Virus record (IMG/VR): IMGVR_UViG_3300020021_000003 | Span: 1,877 to 65,876 of that record | Direction: 5' to 3' (one strand) | DNA length: 64,000 bases | From: a virus | Shown: positions 37,942 to 45,136 of the stretch, piece by piece | Layout of the letters: every line of letters begins with the position of its first letter | Numbering within the stretch: the first letter of the stretch is position 1 | Program-made: the position numbers and the translations under genes | Notes under the pieces: model-generated | What the model saw: only the letters and a program-made list of their open reading frames with translations | Told to the model about the DNA's origin: nothing | Database searches by the model: none

Positions 37942-37979
37942 TTCGTAGGCAAGTGCTCTATCCGCTGAGCTATACCGAC
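37942..37979 (-). pseudogene. 5' half of split tRNA-Arg(ACG)
   Basis: Exactly positions 1-38: GTCGGTA TA GCTC AGCGGATA GAGC A CTTGC CTACGAA. Confidence 0.85.
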
Positions 37980-38001
37980 AGAGCCCCGAAGGGCTTGATA
38001 C

Positions 38002-38286
38002 TTAGTATTGAATTTGTTCTCCGTTGATATAGAGAACATATCCCTTGGGAAGCCCAATGTCAACTCGTCCAGCCCGTTGCTTTACAGTGACGCCACCAGC
38101 CTGAGTAATGCTGATGCTGCTGTTGTCACTGAATACATTATTGTAACTTCCAGCCCCAGCAGTACGATTACCCGTTCCTCTTACCTTAACACTACTATTT
38201 GTTCCAATAGCGTTGCCAGTGATATTCCCACCAGCTTGAACGATCGTGCTGTTCTTGCCGCCACGAGCCCTCTGAAAAATCTGCAC
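38002..38286 (-). CDS. Gly-rich hypothetical protein
   Basis: 94-aa ORF, likely beta-solenoid-like. Confidence 0.6.
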   Translation of the reverse strand: MQIFQRARGGKNSTIVQAGGNITGNAIGTNSSVKVRGTGNRTAGAGSYNNVFSDNSSISITQAGGVTVKQRAGRVDIGLPKGYVLYINGEQIQY

Positions 38287-38293
38287 TGTGCTC

Positions 38294-38779
38294 CTATTCA
38301 GTGAACGGAATCAACTGTCCTGGTGTTACTAGGCTTGGCAGTCTGTCATCAGTGAAGAGATGAACACCGGCCATGCTGTACACGTAGTCCACAATCTGAG
38401 AACAGATCATGTGCTTTGATTTCACTACTCTAGCAGTCAAGAAGGGCACTGGCAAGTGGAACCTCTTGGCCGCAATAGCAAAGTAGTCCAGGAAGCTGTA
38501 TGGGACGCCCTTGAGAGCTGCTGCGTAGTCTATGATGTCCTTGCGCTGTTCGATCGCCAGGGGCACCGTAGAGACCCGTACAGAGGCATACTTGGAGGCA
38601 TCAGAGACGATCGCACCACCAGGCATAGCTTCAAGGATCTTTCCGTTGTACATGTAGATGAAAGCGTGCTCATAGTTCTTGAAGCCGTCTCCGTTAAGCC
38701 ATTGGCCTAATCGGATGAGAAAGCCTACTCCACCAGGAATACTTGTTAAGCCGAAATCTCCTGGCTGGGCGTCTCTCAT
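38294..38779 (-). CDS. Permuted papain-like NlpC/P60 (YiiX/YaeF-like) protein
   Basis: PGD..L, YEHAFIY, G.PYSF and ICSQIV motifs. Confidence 0.8.
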   Translation of the reverse strand: MRDAQPGDFGLTSIPGGVGFLIRLGQWLNGDGFKNYEHAFIYMYNGKILEAMPGGAIVSDASKYASVRVSTVPLAIEQRKDIIDYAAALKGVPYSFLDYFAIAAKRFHLPVPFLTARVVKSKHMICSQIVDYVYSMAGVHLFTDDRLPSLVTPGQLIPFTE

Positions 38780-38796
38780 ATCTCTCCTCGTTAAAG

Positions 38797-38869
38797 TGCT
38801 GGCAGCAGGGATCGAACCCGCAGAATTTCGATTAAAAGTCGAATACCGTAGCCATTTGGTTATACCAGC
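38797..38869 (-). tRNA. tRNA-Lys(TTT)
   Basis: Loop CTTTTAA. Confidence 0.88.
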
Positions 38870-38895
38870 ATACAGCCCTTTCGGGCCGGTCGAAC

Positions 38896-39369
38896 TTACT
38901 TGCCTGTACCAGCCTGTGCAGTGATGGTAGGAACGCCACCCTGTCCATCAGGGACATAGATAACAGTGTTGTTCTTTCCAGACTGTGCAATAGCCTGTAG
39001 CGCCTGAATCTGCTCCCATTGAAGATACATGGGGGTCAGGGTCTTGGCAATCTCATCCTGTGCCCTACGGACACCTACAGCCTGCTGGAAACGAATGTCA
39101 GCCTGCTGTTCAGTAACCTGAAGCTGTTGCTTCTGGTTGGAAATTTCGATCTCAGTCACTTGGACCTTGTTGTTCGCGGCGATAATCGCGTTCTTAGCAG
39201 CGTTGTTTGCCTTGATGGTAGCATTCTGTGCATTAGTATTCGCATTCTTAGTACTCTGTGAACGGTTGAAATCACTGCAACCAGCAACACCACCAGTCAA
39301 AATACCACCTGCAACCACAACGACGACTAGCCAACTAGCAGCAACAGCAAGGGGATTGGACTGTGCCAT
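38896..39369 (-). CDS. Membrane-anchored coiled-coil protein with SPFH-like C-terminus
   Basis: N-terminal TM helix, I...LTP.YLQWE.I.AL...NNTVIYVP. Confidence 0.6.
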   Translation of the reverse strand: MAQSNPLAVAASWLVVVVVAGGILTGGVAGCSDFNRSQSTKNANTNAQNATIKANNAAKNAIIAANNKVQVTEIEISNQKQQLQVTEQQADIRFQQAVGVRRAQDEIAKTLTPMYLQWEQIQALQAIAQSGKNNTVIYVPDGQGGVPTITAQAGTGK

Positions 39370-39406
39370 ATTCTTTTTGCCTCCGAATTAGTACTCCGTT
39401 ATAACG

Positions 39407-39477
39407 AGCCTCACCAGGGAATCGGACCCTGTTCCACGCCTTACGAAAGCGTTATTCTACCAGTGAACTAATGAGGC
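39407..39477 (-). tRNA. tRNA-Thr(CGT)
   Basis: Loop TTCGTAA. Confidence 0.85.
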
Positions 39478-39523
39478 AGAGCCGGGCGGGTACCATGCCT
39501 GGTATGCATTCCCTAACCCAACG

Positions 39524-39596
39524 AGCCTTATCTCGGAGTCGAACCGAGTCTCTCTCCGTACCAAGGAGAAGTGCTAACCATAGTCACTAATAAGGC
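39524..39596 (-). tRNA. tRNA-Thr(GGT)
   Basis: Loop TTGGTAC. Confidence 0.88.
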
Positions 39597-39609
39597 ATTA
39601 CTACTTACG

Positions 39610-39680
39610 TACTCCTCCGGGGTATCGAACCCCGTTCCGCTGGGTAAGAGCCAGCTACATCACCTTAATGCTTGAGGAGC
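39610..39680 (-). tRNA. tRNA-Lys(CTT)
   Basis: Loop CTCTTAC. Confidence 0.88.
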
Positions 39681-39712
39681 ATAAGCCTTACTGTTTTAGT
39701 AAGGCTGCCAAA

Positions 39713-39958
39713 CTATGAGAATCCTTTACCGTTCATGTGCTTATCGCAGAAGGAGTTACCCTCAGAAGCTTCGTCCTTACATGTCCGCTTCTCACAGATG
39801 TAAGGAGTAGAACCAGCAGTCCACTTCTCCCGATCTTCCGCAGTCCAGCCCTTTGGATCAGGAGGACCAAGTTTGATGCCGTGAATATTTGTCTTTGACT
39901 TCCCCGGCTTAGCAGGTGGCTCTGCACCTGCTGGGTACTTCGGTGTCCAGAATCCCAT
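39713..39958 (-). CDS. Hypothetical protein with C-terminal Cys/His motif
   Basis: 81 aa, GGAGG RBS, C-x4-C-x10-C-x2-H. Confidence 0.55.
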   Translation of the reverse strand: MGFWTPKYPAGAEPPAKPGKSKTNIHGIKLGPPDPKGWTAEDREKWTAGSTPYICEKRTCKDEASEGNSFCDKHMNGKGFS

Positions 39959-39989
39959 AGTTTTGCCTCCTATGTCAATGAATAAAACG

Positions 39990-40059
39990 TGGAGCTAGTC
40001 GGAATCGAACCGACTGCAACGACTTTGCAAAAGTAGTCCGCTACCTCAGCGTTAGCCCC
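39990..40059 (-). tRNA. tRNA-Ala(TGC)
   Basis: G3:U70, loop TTTGCAA, short D loop. Confidence 0.8.
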
Positions 40060-40061
40060 AT

Positions 40062-40175
40062 TGTAGGTGGTGTCCCCGTTATCACTGCACGACGACTCCA
40101 AGATAAGCATTAGCCCAGTGATACTCAGCATATCTTATCCCAGAAGGCATCCACATACTCGTTGCCCTTCGGTGT
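40062..40175 (-). ncRNA. Putative pseudoknotted ncRNA with its own promoter
   Basis: TTGACT-18-TAAGAT upstream. TATCACTG in a hairpin loop is complementary to downstream CAGTGATA. Confidence 0.4.
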
Positions 40176-40276
40176 TCTTATATCTTAGCAGATCAACTAG
40201 TGGCTAGTCAACCTGTGGTACGTTATAAGGGTAAAAATAATCTCCACCAGTATTTCTACGGTGGAGAGGATTAAGG

Positions 40277-40348
40277 CTCCCACAGCTGGATTCGAACCAA
40301 CAACCTTGGAGTTAACAGCTCCCTGCTCTGCCATTGAGCTATGCGGGA
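40277..40348 (-). tRNA. tRNA-Asn(GTT)
   Basis: Loop CTGTTAA, G73. Confidence 0.92.
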
Positions 40349-40432
40349 AAAACCTGAACCACAAGGGAACAGGTGGGTTATAACTTACTACTTAACATGA
40401 TACTCGAAGTTGTTTTCTCATGTCAAGCAAAG

Positions 40433-40503
40433 CACGCCCCGTAGGAATCGAACCCACGCTTAGAGGTTTGGAATCTCTAGTACTACCATTATACGAGAGG
40501 CAT
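40433..40503 (-). tRNA. tRNA-Trp(CCA)
   Basis: Loop TTCCAAA. Confidence 0.85.
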
Positions 40504-40547
40504 AAGTTGGTTCCGTTGTTCATGCCCAACGGTTTCCTAAAAGCTCG

Positions 40548-40621
40548 TACGGGTGGAGGGACTCGAACCCCCGACGCATGGTTTCTAAGACCACGTCCTC
40601 TAGCCACTGGGATACACCCGC
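40548..40621 (-). tRNA. tRNA-Leu(TAG), short variable loop
   Basis: Loop CTTAGAA. Confidence 0.85.
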
Positions 40622-40686
40622 ATACTGGACTACCTACGATTAAGTTGTATACCTGGAGCTTATCACACGTTACAACGGTTGTCCAG

Positions 40687-40759
40687 TAGTTCTAGTCGGA
40701 CTCGAACCGACACTGTTTCGATTTTAAGTCGAATGCCTCTGCCATTGGGCTATAGAACC
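40687..40759 (-). tRNA. tRNA-Leu(TAA), short variable loop
   Basis: Loop CTTAAAA. Confidence 0.88.
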
Positions 40760-40811
40760 ATAGATCTACTAGGAGTGTTCTAGTTCTGTGTTTATACTTC
40801 CGTTCAATACG

Positions 40812-40885
40812 TACTCCAGGTCGGACTTGAACCGACACTAGCACAGTTTTTGAGACTGTGTCCTCTGCCATTGGGATACTGGAGC
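40812..40885 (-). tRNA. tRNA-Leu(CAA), short variable loop
   Basis: Loop CTCAAAA. Confidence 0.88.
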
Positions 40886-40889
40886 ATAA

Positions 40890-41120
40890 GGTGAGGGTCT
40901 GGAACCATTGTCCAGTCTCACCACACAGGTCTTTAGCTTTTAGTCGGGTCAACGCTTTCCACTTACTGTACCCCGGAAGTACCATCCACGTCAAGCTGTC
41001 CGTGCCAGGAGTTACTGTGCAGAACCTAAAAACTATTCGATGGGAAAGCACGTTCGTAGCATATTACAGGGGCGGTAAAACCGATTACAATCGCTAGCAG
41101 ATTACCCAGACCATCGAATA
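40890..41120 (-). ncRNA. Putative structured ncRNA
   Basis: Perfect 10-bp helix 41034-43/41111-20 plus further hairpins, and no credible ORF. Confidence 0.4.
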
Positions 41121-41123
41121 AAG

Positions 41124-41198
41124 AGCCCCATGTCGGATTCGAACCGACGACCTGCGCTTTACAAGAGCGCTGCTCTGACCGGACTGAGCTAACAGGGC
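41124..41198 (-). tRNA. tRNA-Thr(TGT)
   Basis: Loop CTTGTAA. Confidence 0.93.
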
Positions 41199-41263
41199 AA
41201 TCCCACTATATCCTATTACCCAGCGCAAGTGGTCAACGCCAGAACCCGTATTAGGGGGTTATA

Positions 41264-41566
41264 TTAGGCAGTACCAGTTGCGGTAATTGCCCAGTCTGTG
41301 TTCAGGTTGACTGTGAAGTCAGTTGGTAGGTTGTAAACGCTACTGTTGTTCAACTGGAATGTTACCAGACCATCTCCAGCGCCGGTACCAGGTGGTAGAG
41401 GAGCTGCGAAGATTGCACGAACAGTAGTAGGATAACCTACACCAGAACCAGAAGCAGGAGTTGGGTAAACGTACCCGTGTCCGTCAGCACAAAGGACACC
41501 TACGACCTGAGTACCCACTGCTGGAGTTGTAGCTGTGAACTTAGCTACAGAATATGTAAAAGCCAT
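41264..41566 (-). CDS. Small beta-rich virion-like protein
   Basis: 100 aa, AGGAG RBS, T/G/P-rich. Confidence 0.6.
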   Translation of the reverse strand: MAFTYSVAKFTATTPAVGTQVVGVLCADGHGYVYPTPASGSGVGYPTTVRAIFAAPLPPGTGAGDGLVTFQLNNSSVYNLPTDFTVNLNTDWAITATGTA

Positions 41567-41643
41567 TTGTTCTCCTAGGAGTTTAGAAATTGCCGCTATA
41601 GCAACTTAATTCTACCACCCTTAGAAGATATTAAATTGTGGAG

Positions 41644-41715
41644 CACCCCCAGTGAGAATTGAACTCACTCCTCAGGCTTGAAAGGCCAGTGTACTAACCA
41701 ATATACTATGGGGAC
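41644..41715 (-). tRNA. tRNA-Glu(TTC)
   Basis: Loop CTTTCAA. Confidence 0.88.
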
Positions 41716-41917
41716 AAAAGCCCTGCCAGTTCCTGAGAACGACAGGGAGCAATCTCAGGTAGCGAGCCTGAGTATAAAACAGTCCTTGGGGCTATCCATC
41801 CCTTAACTGCACTGAAAAGTCGAACATAGGCAGCGTATTCCAATTTTCGCTAACACAACCCACTACAACCCCTCCAGGGCATGGCCATTGCTTTGGAACC
41901 TATGCAGATAGCTAACG

Positions 41918-41991
41918 TACTCCAGACGGGATTCGAACCCGCAATCTTCACCTTGAGAGGGTGACGAGATAACCGCTTACTCTACTGGAGC
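41918..41991 (-). tRNA. tRNA-Glu(CTC)
   Basis: Loop CTCTCAA. Confidence 0.9.
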
Positions 41992-42109
41992 ATACACCAG
42001 GGCCGTTTCCATGGCAACCCTGGTTTCACCTGTGCTCCCCGTTAGGATAGGCTAGGGTCTTCCCGCCCTAGTAGGTATCACAGCATCCATGGCGCTATGA
42101 GATTCAAGT

Positions 42110-42250
42110 CTAGAATTTCTTGGGACGCTTTTCCATTTCAGCCCGAATCTTCTTTAGTTCGAGCTTAGCTTGTAGCTTGGCTTTCACTCGGGAAATGGGA
42201 CTATCTAGGATAGCCTGCCATTTCTTCTCGTAAATCTTCAGATCACTCAT
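42110..42250 (-). CDS. 46-aa basic peptide
   Basis: My translation is MSDLKIYEKKWQAILDSPISRVKAKLQAKLELKKIRAEMEKRPKKF, with no clear RBS. Confidence 0.35.
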   Translation of the reverse strand: MSDLKIYEKKWQAILDSPISRVKAKLQAKLELKKIRAEMEKRPKKF

Positions 42251-42272
42251 GGGTTTGTATGTGTAGTCCACG

Positions 42273-42344
42273 TCAACCCAACGGGAGTCGAACCCGCTCT
42301 AACACCGTGACAGGGTGTCGTGCGCACCGGTACACTATGGATCG
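42273..42344 (-). tRNA. tRNA-Asp(GTC)
   Basis: Loop CTGTCAC. Confidence 0.85.
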
Positions 42345-42379
42345 AATACGAGAAGTTTACCTGCTCTCGCTCAGGATGT

Positions 42380-42691
42380 CTAGTACTTAGGCCACACAAC
42401 ATCTGGTGTTACTGAAGTAACCGTACCATTCTTGATGACTGCTCGCTCGACGTCCAAGCTGTCCTCACCTTCACGCTCGATTACCAAGTAGTTGTCTGGA
42501 TAGAGCGTAGCAAGGTCTTGAAGGTCTGTCAACCAGTAATACCACTTGGTAGCGTCATAACCCTGGATACCATTACCGTAGTCTTCCCAACCAGGATGAC
42601 CCCAGTCCTTCTCATCTCCTAAATCATTTAAGACATTGAGAATATCGGGAATATCAGTATCGATAACTTCGAATGTTGAATAGTAACCCAT
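42380..42691 (-). CDS. Acidic hypothetical protein
   Basis: GGAGG RBS, MGYYSTF...KWY motif typical of small phage proteins. Confidence 0.65.
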   Translation of the reverse strand: MGYYSTFEVIDTDIPDILNVLNDLGDEKDWGHPGWEDYGNGIQGYDATKWYYWLTDLQDLATLYPDNYLVIEREGEDSLDVERAVIKNGTVTSVTPDVVWPKY

Positions 42692-42716
42692 AGTTGCCTC
42701 CATAGATTGTAGGATT

Positions 42717-42809
42717 TTCGTAGAGTGGGACTTGAACCCACATCCGTTACTACCCAGTCGGGTGCACCTTTACTAGAAGGTCTCGTCTGCCAATTGCTAA
42801 TATCTACGA
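42717..42809 (-). tRNA. Atypical tRNA-like element, possible CTA anticodon
   Basis: Perfect acceptor TCGTAGA/TCTACGA and T arm, but a 6- or 8-nt anticodon loop around CTAGTA and an enlarged variable region. Confidence 0.4.
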
Positions 42810-42814
42810 AAAAG

Positions 42815-42887
42815 CTGGAGATGTAGGATTCGAACCTACACTTTCCTGATTCAAAGTCAGGTGGGCTGCCAATTACCCCAATCTCCA
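42815..42887 (-). tRNA. tRNA-Gln(TTG)
   Basis: Loop CTTTGAA. Confidence 0.92.
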
Positions 42888-43118
42888 ATTAATTACTTAG
42901 TTTACACAGGTGCGGTCGGGTTTACCCCGATCCACCGGCCTTCATCCACATCCTCCGTAGTCTGCGACTACTCCTCAACTAAGCAAGTGTTTGACGTGTG
43001 TGGCTCTACCTTAAAGGGTAGCCCCAGCTCTTTCCTTATCTTATCGCCACTTTCCACACTTTTACGTACGTTATTATGTGTGTTCCATATTGACTACTTC
43101 CGGAATTCTGTACGTCAG

Positions 43119-43189
43119 CTCCCCGACCTGGATTCGAACCAAGTCTAGCGGCTTCAGAGACCGCTGTGCTGCCGTTACACCATCGGGGA
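43119..43189 (-). tRNA. tRNA-Gln(CTG)
   Basis: Loop CTCTGAA. Confidence 0.92.
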
Positions 43190-43246
43190 ATAAAGCGGTA
43201 TTTATTTGGTTTTTCACCAAGAGGCGAACCGCAGAACCTCATTGCG

Positions 43247-43317
43247 TACCGTATGCCGGAATCGGACCGGCGAACTCTGTTTGGAAGACAGATATGTTAC
43301 CTCTACATCAATACGGC
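43247..43317 (-). tRNA. tRNA-Gly(TCC)
   Basis: Loop CTTCCAA. Confidence 0.88.
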
Positions 43318-43402
43318 ATTGGGAAGGGCTAACCTAACTTCACATTAGGCTCTTTTACTTTACGCACCCAACGATAACGCAAAACCCCAAAAGGGTAGGT
43401 GG

Positions 43403-43436
43403 GAGCAGGAAATCGGACTCGCACCGACAATCTCTG
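43403..43436 (-). pseudogene. 3' remnant of split initiator-type tRNA-Met
   Basis: CAG-AGATT-GTCGG-TGCGAGT-CCGAT-TTCCTGC. Its TCCTGC complements GCAGGA at 44166. Confidence 0.6.
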
Positions 43437-43442
43437 CCTCAG

Positions 43443-43515
43443 TGGCCCATTCCGCACTCGCAGCGGACGATCTCAAGCTTATGAGGCTTGCGAGACACTA
43501 TTTCTCTATATGGGC
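43443..43515 (-). tRNA. Atypical tRNA(CAT)
   Basis: CAAGC-CTCATAA-GCTTG arm, T loop TGCGAGT, irregular acceptor register. Confidence 0.65.
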
Positions 43516-43521
43516 ATGAAT

Positions 43522-43550
43522 TGCAGACCTAAGACTCGATCTGATACAAT
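43522..43550 (+). promoter_or_regulatory. Promoter for a leaderless HNH transcript
   Basis: TTGCAG-18-TACAAT (extended TG), with ATG 6 nt downstream. Confidence 0.55.
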
Positions 43551-43556
43551 TAAAAC

Positions 43557-44147
43557 ATGATTATACTAACCTGTCAAGCCTGCAACCTTGACTTTCAGCG
43601 CAAGACCAGCCAGCATAATAGTAATCTAAAGAGAGGAAGAAAACTTATAGCCTGCTCACGTGATTGTCTAACAATACTACAAACAAAACCTAAAGTCGAA
43701 TATCACTGTGAGGAATGTAACACTATATTTTCTAGAAAGAAAAGTAATAAAGATTTTTGTAGATTTTGTTCAACATCATGTTCTGCTAAATATACTACTA
43801 GAATACGATTTAAGGATTATGTATCTACAGCTAAATCATATGTAAAGAAACCTAAGTCGATTAATACCACTACATTACAAGATTTAAAAGATAAGTATTC
43901 AATATCTCAATATCATGCAAAAATTAGAGGTTGGTCTAGACAAGTGTACAAAGATTCGGGTAGACCATTATGCTGTTATAACTGCGGCTATGATCTACAC
44001 GTAGATATTTGTCATATACAGGACGTCAAGAGTTTTCCTATGACTACTCTAGTATCTGTTGTTAATGCCCCAGATAATTTAATAGCTCTAGATAAAAGGT
44101 GCCACTGGGAATTTGACAATGGATATCTTGAGTTGAGCCCAGTGTAG
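43557..44147 (+). CDS. HNH homing endonuclease, antisense to the tRNA operon
   Basis: Several N-terminal CxxC motifs, then CYNCGY...ICHI...NAPDNLIALDKRCHWEFD. Markedly AT-rich. Confidence 0.88.
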   Translation: MIILTCQACNLDFQRKTSQHNSNLKRGRKLIACSRDCLTILQTKPKVEYHCEECNTIFSRKKSNKDFCRFCSTSCSAKYTTRIRFKDYVSTAKSYVKKPKSINTTTLQDLKDKYSISQYHAKIRGWSRQVYKDSGRPLCCYNCGYDLHVDICHIQDVKSFPMTTLVSVVNAPDNLIALDKRCHWEFDNGYLELSPV

Positions 44148-44167
44148 AAGCATTCTACCATCCTGCG
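44134..44167 (-). pseudogene. 5' remnant of split initiator-type tRNA-Met
   Basis: CGCAGGA TG GTAG-loop-CTAC A CTGGG CTCA, with fMet-type C1 and GGG29-31, broken inside the anticodon. Confidence 0.6.
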
Positions 44168-44169
44168 AG

Positions 44170-44241
44170 TAGTGCATGGGGGAATCGAACCACCGACGAA
44201 GAGGATATGAATCTCTCGTTCTACCACTGAACTAATGCACC
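44170..44241 (-). tRNA. tRNA-Met/Ile2(CAT)
   Basis: Loop TTCATAT, cloverleaf. Confidence 0.82.
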
Positions 44242-44388
44242 ATTAATATTGCGGGCAGGATTCGTACCTGCGAACACCTTCGCTCTTGGCTAGTATGCAT
44301 TGATACGCATCACCGCAATTGTGGTCGGTCCTGAATCTAATCAAAGATTCCAACACCCCAATGGATCAGAAAGGGATTTACGGACCAG

Positions 44389-44461
44389 TGGCTCCCCCCG
44401 GATTTGAACCGAGATACATCGGGCTTCAACCGATTGCTCTACCAAGTTGAGCTAAAGAGCC
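44389..44461 (-). tRNA. tRNA-Phe(GAA)
   Basis: Loop TTGAAGC. Confidence 0.9.
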
Positions 44462-44537
44462 AGTGAGTTACTTACTTGTATTTAGCATCGTATCTATTAT
44501 GTGATTTGGTGATGTCTATACATTGATCATAACTCTA

Positions 44538-44611
44538 GTCTAATGCCGGGGTAACGCTCCCCGTGTCTTCGGTTTCCAAAACCGACGGATTACTTTCTTC
44601 CTCGCACTAGA
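44538..44611 (-). tRNA. tRNA-Pro(TGG), non-canonical T loop
   Basis: Loop TTTGGAA, T loop AGCGTTA. Confidence 0.65.
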
Positions 44612-44622
44612 TTAATACTACG

Positions 44623-44693
44623 TCGGGATAGGGAGAATCGAACTCCCGCTGCTAGTTCCCAAAACTAGCGCGCTACCATTACGCGATATCCCG
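44623..44693 (-). tRNA. tRNA-Pro(TGG)
   Basis: Loop TTTGGGA. Confidence 0.9.
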
Positions 44694-44743
44694 TCAGTTA
44701 CAGAGTCTGGTTAGAGTCCCTGTAACTTTTGGAGGCAAGTCCT

Positions 44744-44772
44744 ATTCTAGCAGCTTGCCAGGTGTAAGTCAA
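44744..44772 (-). promoter_or_regulatory. Promoter at the head of the tRNA array
   Basis: TTGACT-17-TAGAAT. Confidence 0.75.
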
Positions 44773-44908
44773 TATTTATGGTCCTTACCACCAGGACCAT
44801 AATTACGTGCATGTTCTGTACAGACCCAGATGAGCTTACCACGGTACTGGATCTGTACGCTAGCTGGTTTCTTGCATCTCGACTTCCAGCACCGGTTCTG
44901 CATAGGGT

Positions 44909-45133
44909 CTACAGTACCACGGTTACTTCATCTCCGTCAACCTTTGCTATCAGTACTTCACCAGAGCGAACTGAGACCTTCAAACCTACCAAGTCCTTGA
45001 GAGGCTCTGTGTGCTCCCAGACTATGTTGTAGTGACCCAGATGGTCAAGTAGGTCTTCTGTGACCTCCAGAGAGCCTCCTAGCCTGTGTAGAGCAGCTAC
45101 CAGGAGCCTAGCCAATGTCTGTTCCTGAGTCAA
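44909..45133 (-). CDS. Hypothetical protein
   Basis: 74 aa, TTG start behind GGAAGG. Confidence 0.5.
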   Translation of the reverse strand: MTQEQTLARLLVAALHRLGGSLEVTEDLLDHLGHYNIVWEHTEPLKDLVGLKVSVRSGEVLIAKVDGDEVTVVL

Positions 45134-45136
45134 GGT

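Noticed and set aside
35531-44227. Track ORFs overlapping tRNA genes (35628-35963, 35746-36057, 40392-40607, 40692-41051, 42628-42888, 43036-43242, 44012-44227)
   Set aside because: They are translations of tRNA sequence, not genes.
34600-44700. CRISPR-like array suggested by recurring GGTTCGA motifs
   Set aside because: The repeats are tRNA T arms within cloverleafs, with no constant repeat-spacer period and no cas genes.
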